NCBI GenBank assembly: GCA_002423205.1
Contig: DIUZ01000002.1
Location: 129,409 to 193,408 of the forward strand
Length of the DNA: 64,000 nucleotides
Direction: 5' to 3'
Source: Micavibrio sp. UBA6145
Lineage (GTDB): Bacteria > Pseudomonadota > Alphaproteobacteria > Micavibrionales > UBA1664
The first letter of the stretch is position 1, and every line of letters starts with the position of its first letter. The notes beneath the pieces were generated by a model. It was not told where the DNA came from, searched no databases, and saw only the letters and a program-made list of their open reading frames with translations. Made by a program: the position numbers and the translations under genes. Shown here one piece after another: positions 51,422 through 60,958 of this stretch.

Positions 51422-52282
51422 ATGGCTGAGCGCAAAGGGCTGATGGAAGGCAAAAAGGGTCTTATCATGGGGGTCGCAAACGACCGTTCCATTGCATGGG
51501 GCATTGCCGAAGCCTGCGCCGCCCAGGGTGCCGAACTGGCCTTCACCTTCCAGGGTGAGGCACTCGAAAAACGCGTTCGCCCCCTGGCTGAATCCGTTAA
51601 ATCCCCGATCGTCTGCGCCTGCGACGTTACCGACGACGCCTCGATCGATGCGGCCTTCGCCGAAATCGAGAAAAAATGGGGCAAGCTTGATTTCGTTGTT
51701 CACGCCATTGCGTTCTCCGACAAAAAAGAACTCGACGGCATGTATCTCGATACCACGCGCGAAAATTTCAAACGCACGATGGATATCTCGATCTACTCTT
51801 TCACCGCGATCGCCCAGCGTGCGGCCAAACTGATGAGCGAGGGCGGTTCGCTCCTGACCCTGACCTATTACGGTGCCGAACGCGTCATGCCGCATTACAA
51901 CGTCATGGGCGTGGCCAAAGCCGGACTTGAAGCATCCGTGCGCTACCTCGCAACCGATCTCGGCGGCCGTGGCATTCGCGTCAACGCCATTTCGGCTGGC
52001 CCCATCAAAACGCTGGCCGCATCCGGTATCGGCGATTTCCGTTTCATCCTGCGCTGGAATGAACTCAACGCGCCGTTGAAACGCAACGTATCCATCGAAG
52101 ATGTCGGCAAATCCGGCCTGTATCTGCTCTCGGACCTCGGTTCGGGCGTGACGGGCGAGATCCTGCATGTAGACAGTGGTTACCACACCGTCGGTATGGT
52201 CCAGCCGGAAGCCGCCGGTGCCACGGCCGAACTGCTCAACCAGATGGCTGCGTCGCAAACCCCGTCCAAAGACGCGGCGTAA
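51422..52282 (+). CDS. fabI: Enoyl-[acyl-carrier-protein] reductase (NADH)
   Basis: GLIMGVANDRSIAWGIA and YNVMGVAKAGLEA (Y-x6-K). Confidence 0.9.
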   Translation: MAERKGLMEGKKGLIMGVANDRSIAWGIAEACAAQGAELAFTFQGEALEKRVRPLAESVKSPIVCACDVTDDASIDAAFAEIEKKWGKLDFVVHAIAFSDKKELDGMYLDTTRENFKRTMDISIYSFTAIAQRAAKLMSEGGSLLTLTYYGAERVMPHYNVMGVAKAGLEASVRYLATDLGGRGIRVNAISAGPIKTLAASGIGDFRFILRWNELNAPLKRNVSIEDVGKSGLYLLSDLGSGVTGEILHVDSGYHTVGMVQPEAAGATAELLNQMAASQTPSKDAA

Positions 52283-52285
52283 CGG

Positions 52286-52753
52286 ATGATCTGGTTCAAG
52301 GATTATACCCTTCAGGACCTCAAAGACTTCCGCAACGCCAACATGACCGCGCATCTTGGGTTTGAATTCACGCAAGTCGGCCCCGACTTCCTGAAGGCGC
52401 GCCTGCCGGTCGACCACCGCACGACCCAGCCTTTTGGCATCCTGCATGGCGGTGCATCCTGCGTCCTGTCTGAAAGCCTTGGGTCCATCGCAAGCTGGAT
52501 GACCATCGACCCGGAAAAATACCGCGCCGTCGGGATCGAGATCAACGCAAACCACATTCGCGCCGTCACATCCGGTTTTGTGATCGGCACATGTACCCCG
52601 ATGCATGTCGGCAAGCGCACGCAGGTGTGGCAGACCGACATCACCGAAGAGGGCACGGGCAAACGCGTTGCCATCTCCCGCCTGACCGTCGCCATCATCG
52701 ACCACGGCACGCTGTCGGCGCAAAAAGAAACCATACGTCTGGAAAAAGCATGA
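52286..52753 (+). CDS. PaaI/YbdB-type hotdog-fold thioesterase
   Basis: [17 protein letters not shown] signature. Confidence 0.75.
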   Translation: MIWFKDYTLQDLKDFRNANMTAHLGFEFTQVGPDFLKARLPVDHRTTQPFGILHGGASCVLSESLGSIASWMTIDPEKYRAVGIEINANHIRAVTSGFVIGTCTPMHVGKRTQVWQTDITEEGTGKRVAISRLTVAIIDHGTLSAQKETIRLEKA

Positions 52754-53817
52754 GCGGCAACCGTTTCGGCACATTGTTTCAATACCAGACCTGGGGCGAA
52801 AGCCACGGTCCCGCCATCGGCGTTGTCGTTGACGGCGTACCGCCGCGCCTGAACCTGACCGAAGCTGATATCCAGCCGTTCCTCGACAAACGCAAACCCG
52901 GCACATCGCGCTTCGTCACGCAACGCCGCGAAGATGATATCGTTAAAATTCTCTCAGGCACGTTCGAAGGCCAGACAACGGGCACGCCAATCAGCCTGAT
53001 GATCGAAAACACGGATGCGAAATCCAAGGACTATTCCGACATCAAGGACAAATTCCGCCCCGGCCACGCCGATTTCACTTACGACGCCAAATACGGCATC
53101 CGCGATTACCGCGGTGGTGGGCGGTCGTCAGCACGTGAAACCGCAAGCCGTGTCGCCGCTGGTGCCATCGCCCGCAAGATCATCCCCGGCGTCACCATTC
53201 GTGCCGCTGTCACGCAGATCGGCCCGCATAAAATCAACCGCGATAACTGGGACTGGTCGCAAATCGACCAGAACGATTTCTTCACCGTCGATAAAGACGC
53301 GGCCGCCAAATGGGCCGATTATCTTGATGATGTGCGCAAGGCCGGATCATCCGCCGGTGCCATCATCGAAGTGCACGCATCCGGCGTCCCCGCCGGCTGG
53401 GGTGCGCCCGTATACGACAAGCTTGATGCCGATCTCGCCAAGGCCATGATGTCCATCAATGCCGTTAAAGCCGTGGAAATCGGTGCAGGCTTTGAAGTGG
53501 TCACGCTCGGCGGCGAAATCAATTCCGACGACATCCGCATGAAAGACGGCAAACCCGATTTTCAGACCAACAACGCCGGCGGTATTCTCGGCGGTATCTC
53601 GTCGGGGCAGGACATCGTCGTGCGTTTCGCGGTCAAACCAACCAGTTCGATCCTGACACCCAAGGCCACTATCGATACATCCGGCCATGAAACCGAAATC
53701 GTCACCAAGGGCCGTCACGACCCCTGCGTCGGTATCCGCGCCGTGCCGATTGGCGAAGCCATGATGGCCTGCGTCCTCGCCGACCACTTCCTGCGCCACA
53801 AGGCACAGTGCGGATAA
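52750..53817 (+). CDS. aroC: Chorismate synthase
   Basis: [24 protein letters not shown] and GRHDPCV. Start trimmed; its ATG overlaps the upstream TGA. Confidence 0.9.
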   Translation: MSGNRFGTLFQYQTWGESHGPAIGVVVDGVPPRLNLTEADIQPFLDKRKPGTSRFVTQRREDDIVKILSGTFEGQTTGTPISLMIENTDAKSKDYSDIKDKFRPGHADFTYDAKYGIRDYRGGGRSSARETASRVAAGAIARKIIPGVTIRAAVTQIGPHKINRDNWDWSQIDQNDFFTVDKDAAAKWADYLDDVRKAGSSAGAIIEVHASGVPAGWGAPVYDKLDADLAKAMMSINAVKAVEIGAGFEVVTLGGEINSDDIRMKDGKPDFQTNNAGGILGGISSGQDIVVRFAVKPTSSILTPKATIDTSGHETEIVTKGRHDPCVGIRAVPIGEAMMACVLADHFLRHKAQCG

Positions 53818-54573
53818 CTAGTGTAGGCGTATAGCGACTGACTGGCCGGATTCCATGTATCCCAGATAGGTGTAGTCGCGCTTGGATTGCGCGCGCCATT
53901 CGTGAAATGCCTTGAACTCGCCGCCCTTCCAGCCTTTGTAATTCCAGTATTCGTCGAACAGGATGACGATGTCAGGCGGCAGTTGATCGAATAATGTGTC
54001 GAAAATGTATTTGGCCGATGAATAAATATCGCAATCGACATGAACGAATTTCACTTTCGACATATCGTGTTTTGCCATGAATGGTTCAAGCGTTTCATTG
54101 AACCATCCTTTGACCAGTTCAGTGTTGGGGCCCACGGCGTATTTTAGTCCTTCAGGATTGTTGAACTGGCCCTTTTTCCAGATCTGTTCGGATGCTGGCA
54201 GGCCTTCAAATGAATCGAAGCCGTAAATCTTGCATGATGGAAGTTTGCGGCTGATCAGTGCCAAGCTTTCACCCTGAAAAACACCAAACTCAAGGGCGAT
54301 ATCGCCTGACCTCATCCCGGCCATATCGACGGCTTGGTTTACCAGCTTAAGACGGCTGTTATAGCCGCCCGGCATTGCGGATGCTTCGAATTTATCCAGA
54401 GATTCAATGTATGCCGCGACCTCATCTCGCACCAGCCGCTTGGAAGCAGCATTGATATTACCGTCTTGCAGATTTTCCTGTACCTGTCTGAACAGGTTTT
54501 CGACCTTGTTATTGATCTCCTCCATACGCTGCAGCATGGAATGAAGAATGTTTTGCAGGGGATCGTTGGCCAT
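53818..54573 (-). CDS. TylF/macrocin-O-methyltransferase-like SAM-dependent methyltransferase
   Basis: GDIALEFGVFQGESL, FDSFEGLP and VHVDCDIYSS pattern. It is visibly AT-richer than its neighbours. Confidence 0.65.
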   Translation of the reverse strand: MANDPLQNILHSMLQRMEEINNKVENLFRQVQENLQDGNINAASKRLVRDEVAAYIESLDKFEASAMPGGYNSRLKLVNQAVDMAGMRSGDIALEFGVFQGESLALISRKLPSCKIYGFDSFEGLPASEQIWKKGQFNNPEGLKYAVGPNTELVKGWFNETLEPFMAKHDMSKVKFVHVDCDIYSSAKYIFDTLFDQLPPDIVILFDEYWNYKGWKGGEFKAFHEWRAQSKRDYTYLGYMESGQSVAIRLH

Positions 54574-54642
54574 AGGCGAGCTTTCTTGTTGAGCCTAGAA
54601 AGCTAAGGATAAAACACGCATCTGACAACGGTCTTGGCAGGG

Positions 54643-56076
54643 TTATTCCGTAAACTCTTCCACATCCGGCACGCGTGAAAACGCGATCTTGGTGCCGACA
54701 AAGCCCGCCTGTGTCTTGGGCTGGTGCCCGAAATGGACGGCCTGGGGGCCGAAATTTTTGACGATCATGTCCATAGCGGCGGAAAGCGCGTTGTTCTTGG
54801 CGCGTGCATTGGTGCGAAATGCCTCGTCGTCTTTGGGCAGCGGCATGACATGGCGCAGTTTCTGTTCCGGCACGGCAATTACTTCCTGCGGGATGATGGA
54901 GATAAATTCATCTTCATCCAGTTTGTCGTCGTCAGGTTCCGGCGGCACGATCACGGGCCCGCCGCGATATTCAAACAGATCGCCCGTGGTCTGCGCCTGC
55001 GTCTGCAGATGGTTGAGACTGATGCTCACCTTTTTGATCTCATAAGGGTGAAGCCGCCCGATCATCTCGTCCCACATCTCCGCCGTGATACGCACGAAGG
55101 TGAGGGAGTCGCTGGACGGGTTGAGATGCCGCTCACCACCCCAGCGCCGTCCGTCTTTCAGCCGTACCGACATGGAAAAATGCGATGCATACAGATTATG
55201 CCGGCGCATACGCTGGCACGCCTTGGTGGTCAGGCGTCGCGCGACATCCAGCGCAAGGTCCGGACGGCGCGCATCCGTATCCAGCACCCGGCTGTGGCCA
55301 ATCACGACCTTATCGCCGGTAACAGGATCGGGCAGATCGTAGCCATGCACGCGGTACCAGAATTTTTCGCCCTCCACGCTGCCCCACAGGGTGCGCAACT
55401 GCTTGGGCGTCGTGTCCCATAATTGCGGCATGGTCCATATGCCCGCGCGGTTCAGACGCTTTTCCATGTTGGGGCCGATGCCGCACAGATCGCGCAGATC
55501 CATCTCAAGCAACCGCCCCGGCAGATCGCGCCCTTCCAGCACGGTCAAACCGTCCGGCTTTTGCATGTCGCTCGCGGTTTTGGCCAGATACGAATTGGTC
55601 GCAATCCCGATGGAGCATTTGATACACTCACCAACATTTTTGGTAAGGCAGCGTTTGATGCGCATGCCCAGATCAATCGCCGCTTCGCGCGTGCGGTGCT
55701 GCGCGGTCAGGCGCGAATTCATTTCATCGATTGACCAGATTTTGTTGATCGGTGTGTGCAGGGCCATTTCGTTGATCACAAGATGGTGGAATTTCACATA
55801 CACATCGTGCTGCGCCAGAACGCAGACAAGGTCCGGGCACATTTGTTTCGCGTCATAAATCTTGGTGCCGGTTTTAATGCCGTAAGCCTTGGCCTCGTAC
55901 GATGCCGCAATGGCGCAGGTGCCATCCGTCATCATCGGCACCACCGCAATGGGCCGCCCGCGAAGGCGCGGGTTCAATTGCTGCTCGACGCTGGCGAAAT
56001 AGCTGTTCAGGTCCAGAAGCAGCCAGCCAACGCCGGTATCGGGCGGGGATGTAAGCATACCCCACAATAAGAACAA
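54643..56076 (-). CDS. Y-family DNA polymerase
   Basis: LLLDLNSYFASVEQ (motif I) and SIDEMNS (catalytic D-E), with HhH and little-finger-like regions and a long C-terminal tail. Confidence 0.75.
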   Translation of the reverse strand: MFLLWGMLTSPPDTGVGWLLLDLNSYFASVEQQLNPRLRGRPIAVVPMMTDGTCAIAASYEAKAYGIKTGTKIYDAKQMCPDLVCVLAQHDVYVKFHHLVINEMALHTPINKIWSIDEMNSRLTAQHRTREAAIDLGMRIKRCLTKNVGECIKCSIGIATNSYLAKTASDMQKPDGLTVLEGRDLPGRLLEMDLRDLCGIGPNMEKRLNRAGIWTMPQLWDTTPKQLRTLWGSVEGEKFWYRVHGYDLPDPVTGDKVVIGHSRVLDTDARRPDLALDVARRLTTKACQRMRRHNLYASHFSMSVRLKDGRRWGGERHLNPSSDSLTFVRITAEMWDEMIGRLHPYEIKKVSISLNHLQTQAQTTGDLFEYRGGPVIVPPEPDDDKLDEDEFISIIPQEVIAVPEQKLRHVMPLPKDDEAFRTNARAKNNALSAAMDMIVKNFGPQAVHFGHQPKTQAGFVGTKIAFSRVPDVEEFTE

Positions 56077-56095
56077 AAGAAGAACAAAGTCAATA

Positions 56096-56812
56096 TTACT
56101 TACGGCGCAGGCCGATAAGGGCCGAAATAATGCCGTGGAACGTGCTGGCTTCCTGCGATGTCATGCGCGTGCGCGCAAACAGGGATTGCAGGTTGCGGAC
56201 AAGGGTAGGGCGCAATTCGGGGGAGCGGAAAAAACCGCCTGCATCCATTTCCGTTTCCATCCGGCCCACCAGCTCGGCAATCTCTTTGGCCGATGCGATC
56301 CCGGACTCGCCGGTCACAAGCTGCGCCGGTGCGGTGGCATCGCCCGCCGTGAACCATTCGTAACTTACAAGCAGCACCGCCTGCGCGATGTTCAGCGACG
56401 TAAAACCGGGATTGAGGGGAATGGTGATGACACCCGTGGCAATCGCGATGTCTTCATTCACAAGGCCCGAACGCTCAGCGCCGAATAATATCGCGGATTT
56501 CGTATCAGCGCGTAATTTGCGGGCGGCCTCGCGCGGTGTGAATATCTCTTTCACCATGTCGCGCGGCCGTGCCGTTGTCGCCAGGATGGTCGTGCAATCG
56601 GCAACTGCCTCTGCGGTGGAATGATACAGCGTTGCGACCACACCATTTTCAAGCGCGCCCGCAGATGCCGACACGGCCTTTTCAGACGGCCAGCCGTCAC
56701 GCGGATTGACGATGCGTAAGTCCGTCAGCCCGCAATTGAACATCGCACGCGCGCACATGCCGATGTTTTCACCGAGCTGCGGGTTGATAAGGATAATGGC
56801 AGGGCTGGACAT
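56096..56812 (-). CDS. SpoU/TrmH-family RNA 2'-O-methyltransferase (TrmJ-like)
   Basis: Start trimmed to MSSPAIILINPQLGENIGMCARAMFNCG. SPOUT motifs FGAERSGL and ITIPLNPGFTSLNIAQA. Confidence 0.75.
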   Translation of the reverse strand: MSSPAIILINPQLGENIGMCARAMFNCGLTDLRIVNPRDGWPSEKAVSASAGALENGVVATLYHSTAEAVADCTTILATTARPRDMVKEIFTPREAARKLRADTKSAILFGAERSGLVNEDIAIATGVITIPLNPGFTSLNIAQAVLLVSYEWFTAGDATAPAQLVTGESGIASAKEIAELVGRMETEMDAGGFFRSPELRPTLVRNLQSLFARTRMTSQEASTFHGIISALIGLRRK

Positions 56813-56835
56813 ACCGAAGTTAAAGACCGTATGGC

Positions 56836-57819
56836 TTAAAAACGCAAGCCAATCCGGGAAAGAAAAGGCTTTTTCCGGATCGGTTGCCTGAGCGATCCGA
56901 TAAGGTCTGTGAACGATGTCTTTAGATAGTGTTCGGCGTGATCGGACATGCTGCTGCCCAGGCGTGTGATTTCGCCCAAAGTCAAAGTATCGATGGACAA
57001 GCCGTAAGGACGTAAGGATTCTTCGAAGAGGCGCAGGCAATCATCGGCATTCAGATTCATGCCGTCTTTGCGCGCGGAGGCTTCAAATCGCTGGCCCAGA
57101 TAAACACGGATGGGTGTTTGCATGTACACGCCGCGTTCCCAGTACGAAACATTCTCCTGTCTGAGGTGATGAGGACCGAACGTGCCTTCGACAGCGGCGG
57201 CCAGTACGCGCCCGCCATTTGCTTCCAGAAAACTGATCAGGCTTGCGAACGTCGTGCCTTGTTCGCTGTAATCGTCGATGACGACGAAATTTGCAGGCGC
57301 AGAGCCTGATATCAGAAAAGGCGCTTTTTTCGTCTGCAGGGATGGGTCAACGCCGTAGGTCTGCGCTTTTGAAAAGGCATAAGATGAATGCTGGTGGCGC
57401 GTGCGCTTGCCGCGTTTAAGGGCGGAACGTTCATAAATCGCGTCCATCATGACCCAGTTGATATGTGGCGCCAGTTTGCGTGCGCGTTTCATGAACGTGG
57501 CCGCGCTGGCATGCGCGCCGTTGACGTGCAGCGGCCTGTGTACGGGATGCTTGTGCGGATAGGCGATGTAGATCGTCTGCGGCTGGCTTGGATCGATATC
57601 CAGTTTTCTAAGTTCGGTCTGGATATTTTCCCACAGTCTGGATGCGCGGCTAGACTCGTCTGTGAGGAGGGTGGTGAGTTGGGGAAAGTCTTCCCGTATA
57701 GATGTGCGGACGGAGGGATTGGTAAATGAACGGGCCCGCGCATTCATGGCCGCGCGCAGGCCGATGCCAGGCCCGTGAAACGCCAGATACGCGATGTTGT
57801 TGAGTCCCAAACCAGTCAT
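56836..57819 (-). CDS. Orphan protein with a phosphoribosyltransferase-type PRPP-binding motif
   Basis: 327 aa with NFVVIDDYSEQGTTF (hydrophobic-DD-x3-x-G-T-T). I do not recognise the flanking N- and C-terminal regions. Confidence 0.5.
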   Translation of the reverse strand: MTGLGLNNIAYLAFHGPGIGLRAAMNARARSFTNPSVRTSIREDFPQLTTLLTDESSRASRLWENIQTELRKLDIDPSQPQTIYIAYPHKHPVHRPLHVNGAHASAATFMKRARKLAPHINWVMMDAIYERSALKRGKRTRHQHSSYAFSKAQTYGVDPSLQTKKAPFLISGSAPANFVVIDDYSEQGTTFASLISFLEANGGRVLAAAVEGTFGPHHLRQENVSYWERGVYMQTPIRVYLGQRFEASARKDGMNLNADDCLRLFEESLRPYGLSIDTLTLGEITRLGSSMSDHAEHYLKTSFTDLIGSLRQPIRKKPFLSRIGLRF

Positions 57820-57873
57820 ATTTTACATAATTACAATATTAAGGAGTGAATTGGCAAGCTCTTTCTCAAGAAA

Positions 57874-57909
57874 AAGCCCGGCTGATAAAGCCGGGGGTAT
57901 AGAGATAGG
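57874..57909 (+). repeat. Hairpin plus GGTATAGAGATAGG repeat, copy 1
   Basis: aagCCCGGCTgataaAGCCGGGggtatagagatagg. Compare with copy 2 at 60478-60513. Confidence 0.6.
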
Positions 57910-58024
57910 CGATACAGTTCCGATTTCTGACCACACCTATCAGACTAAAAATACAAACAACCGCCCCCTTCACTGGCAGCGGTTGTTTTTTTGTTATCGG
58001 CATTGGAATCAATCACTTATCCAT

Positions 58025-58194
58025 CCTCTCGCATTGTGATATTGGACGGTGATCGCAGCATTACTTTCGATGCTCTGGAATGGCTATCAGCACAGGGCGT
58101 GGCTTTGGTTCAAATCAATTGGCAGGGTAGGCCAGCCCCCTATTCTTATATGCGGGGTGTGGCCGCTAAATTCGAAGCGGACTTGGGTTGCTGA
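58025..58194 (+). pseudogene. cas1 relic (about 35 well-conserved codons, then a diverged tail)
   Basis: Translation SRIVILDGDRSITFDALEWLSAQGVALVQINWQG matches residues of the intact Cas1 (SRIVILDGDGSITFDALQWLSAQGVALVQINWQG). By hand alignment, 95 of 104 nt are identical to the reverse complement of 63026-63129. Confidence 0.75.
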
Positions 58195-59042
58195 TGTCCG
58201 CAAAGTTCGATTTTCCGGAGCGATTCTTCCATCATTTTCGGAGGCAATATGTGCGTATGCCATTCTATAAAGCGATCGTAAAGATCGGTTGGCAACGCGT
58301 CTTTAAGAGTGTCGTGGTGCTTTTCAAAGTTAAGTGCAAAAGACTTGAGCTTCTTTTCGGTAAGGGGGCTGGAAGAAAGGCTTTCGTCATTCCCAACGTT
58401 ATAAGTTGTCAGAGCTCTGTCGATATTGATGGCACGTATATCTTGTCTATTGAAAACCCTCATAAGATAATCTCCATCTTCCGCAACAGACATACGCTCA
58501 TCGAAACCACCGACTTTACCGCTAAAAATATCTTTGGAAAAAAGCCATGTGCCTGGTTGCGCGCCCGTGTTTTTACACAGGCCGAGAATCGTCAAGCTGT
58601 TTCCATTGTCATGGACCTGCTTGTCGCCCGTTTTTTGATCAACGATTTCATGATTGGTCGTGCAAAAAATACTATCCTGCTTTGGGTATTTTGAGATTTC
58701 CGCGACCTGCGCTGCAATCTTTTCGGGATGCCATGTATCGTCGCCATCAAGCAGAGCGATAAAATCCCCCGAACACGCGCACATGCCCGTATTTCTTGCC
58801 GCGCTTACGCCACGATTTTCCTGGCAAATAATCTTAAAACGATTATGTTCTTCCAAAGATAAGGTTGCTCTGTACGATTCTAAAAGTTCTCGCGTTCCGT
58901 CTTTAGAACCGTCGATGACGATAATCGTTTCCAAATTTTTATAAGTTTGGTTAGCCACAGTATGAACCGCATTCATAATATGTCGTTCACCGTTATAAGT
59001 AGGAATAACGACGCTTATCAATGGATCGATCATGTCGCTCAT
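58146..59042 (-). CDS. Family 2 glycosyltransferase
   Basis: ISVVIPTYNGERHI, VIDGSKDGT and LLDGDDTWHP (DxD). Confidence 0.85.
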   Translation of the reverse strand: MSDMIDPLISVVIPTYNGERHIMNAVHTVANQTYKNLETIIVIDGSKDGTRELLESYRATLSLEEHNRFKIICQENRGVSAARNTGMCACSGDFIALLDGDDTWHPEKIAAQVAEISKYPKQDSIFCTTNHEIVDQKTGDKQVHDNGNSLTILGLCKNTGAQPGTWLFSKDIFSGKVGGFDERMSVAEDGDYLMRVFNRQDIRAINIDRALTTYNVGNDESLSSSPLTEKKLKSFALNFEKHHDTLKDALPTDLYDRFIEWHTHILPPKMMEESLRKIELCGHQQPKSASNLAATPRI

Positions 59043-59540
59043 GAGTTTTATACTAAAGAAATAGATTTCATAATATAGAACAATGGTTAAAACTTTGTTT
59101 AATTATTAATCTGGGAATTTTGCGATCGGGTTTTAGTAATGGATTCAAAGCAGTTACGGGTTTGAAGTCGGAGGTTTGCTCGTTCGAGTGCCGCCTAACG
59201 CGGCTTTATTGAACTTCATCGACATCTTCTTCGCTTTCGGCGTTGCCGGTGAATAGAGCGGGGCTTTGTGCCTTAGCGGTATTGTCGTTCTTATCGCAGC
59301 GACTTTCACCGCCGTGCGTTGTCGGCCATGCGGCTCCGTCACCAAAACCGGAAACAGAACAGGCCGCATAGCCCTGTTGTTAATCCCTGATTGAATTAGA
59401 GCGGCATTTCAATTCCACAAAGATGCGCTAATTTACATGCGGTATGCTTTATGTGCCTCTTTTCATACAGCAATCCAGCCTATCGGATGATGTTTACATA
59501 ATTTTTACTTATTTCCGATATATTCGCGTAGGACAAAAAA

Positions 59541-60350
59541 ATGGCCCTTAGAGAAAAACCGGCAGCCTTGATGATTGACGTTCAACTTGGCTGTATTGCC
59601 TTGATGGAGCGTGAGGATGCCAAAGCCTATTTGGACCATCTGGGTAAGACTCTGAGCGATATGCGTGGCAGCAGTATTCCGGTCCACTGGGTAACGATGA
59701 GCACCCGCAATCAACTATACGAGGCACAAAGCAACAGTACTGATGTCCGGTCTCGCACCCATCTGGATGCAATGGATTTTTATCAAGGCGACAAAAACGG
59801 ACCACAAGCCGAAGACATCAAGAACTTTGATATTTTCAACGATTTCATGTTTGGAAATAAAGAAAAAGGCATTCCCGCATCCGGACCCCGTATGAACGAG
59901 GCAATATTTTGTAAGGATGCATTCGGCACATTCAATACGTCGCATGATGAAAGTGGCAACCCAGGCACGATGACCGAATTTTTAAGCACACGTAAAGAAA
60001 AACATGGTGAAAGCCATTTACTGCTTATGGGCACGACCACGCAGGTATGCTGCTTAAAGACCGCTACCGGAGCCAAAGAAAAAGGATTTGATGCGACTGC
60101 ATTAACGGATTGCGTTGCCGGGTGGACGGGTAACGACTACAAAAGCCTGACATGGCGCGAAGGCGGTGTAACACCAGATTGGCACAAAAATGAGATGATT
60201 TCCGGCGTAAGAAATGAGCGCATGGGCTTCAACGCGGCGGATAGGTCTACTATTTCCCAAGTGAAGTTTGGCAATGCTGCGGATTTCATCACGCGGAACA
60301 ATCTCCTTCCCACTGCGCAAAACGATTTCCAACAAAAATCTAAGCCCTGA
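59541..60350 (+). CDS. Isochorismatase-family (cysteine hydrolase) protein
   Basis: ALMIDVQ (Asp), FCKDAFGTF (Lys) and LMGTTTQVCCLKTA (Cys), with atypical long insertions. Confidence 0.6.
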   Translation: MALREKPAALMIDVQLGCIALMEREDAKAYLDHLGKTLSDMRGSSIPVHWVTMSTRNQLYEAQSNSTDVRSRTHLDAMDFYQGDKNGPQAEDIKNFDIFNDFMFGNKEKGIPASGPRMNEAIFCKDAFGTFNTSHDESGNPGTMTEFLSTRKEKHGESHLLLMGTTTQVCCLKTATGAKEKGFDATALTDCVAGWTGNDYKSLTWREGGVTPDWHKNEMISGVRNERMGFNAADRSTISQVKFGNAADFITRNNLLPTAQNDFQQKSKP

Positions 60351-60378
60351 TTTATTCCGATAATTGAAGCTTCTGAGG

Positions 60379-60876
60379 TCAGGTCCAAACCCGTACATAG
60401 GCCGTGAAGGAACTGTGCAGCGCGATAATGGATCTGGTGGCGGTGGCGGCTCCTAAGTCCCTGCCCTGATATACGAGAAGCCCGGGTCTAACGCCCGGAG
60501 GTATAGAGATAGGTGTCCGTATTTTTTGAGTGTCAATGTAAGTAAAAAAATCGGAAAAATGATTATGCCATTCAGACTGATCTTCTGAGATAAAAGCTCT
60601 AACAGCTTTAGAACCCATGTCATCTATTTCGCCAAACAGTTTTCTCTCAATTTCGTCGTTAATAAATGATCCGAAAAAAGTTGCGTAAAGATCAGTTTGA
60701 TAAAAACATTGGGAGGTATTCCAGAATTTTAGGCTGTTTAGAGCTTTGAAATCTCCGTTTGGAAGCGAAATTTTATCCGGGGCCAAATCGAGGTAGCAGA
60801 GCTTATCCGTAGGATTGAATAGGAACCCCTTCTGATACCACTGTGGAACATAATGATTAGCGCGCGTTGTGGACAT
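60379..60876 (-). pseudogene. Truncated DUF4238-family gene
   Basis: The N-terminus NHYVPQWYQKGF matches the DUF4238 signature. Protein-like sequence ends near residue 120, where repeat copy 2 (60478-60513) begins. Family members are usually much longer. Confidence 0.5.
60478..60513 (+). repeat. Hairpin plus GGTATAGAGATAGG repeat, copy 2
   Basis: aagcCCGGGtctaacgCCCGGaggtatagagatagg. Same orientation as copy 1, with a different stem sequence that still pairs. Confidence 0.6.
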
Positions 60877-60958
60877 TTAAGATGCCTTAAATCTGTCAAT
60901 TACGCTGCCAGCGTATAACTCTCTTGACCATAATCCAATAAAATCATAGCGTTACTCG

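Noticed and set aside
51359-52906. 515-aa minus-strand ORF
   Set aside because: It is antisense to fabI, the hotdog thioesterase and the start of aroC, all with clear motifs. Its composition is Arg/Gly-rich and non-protein-like.
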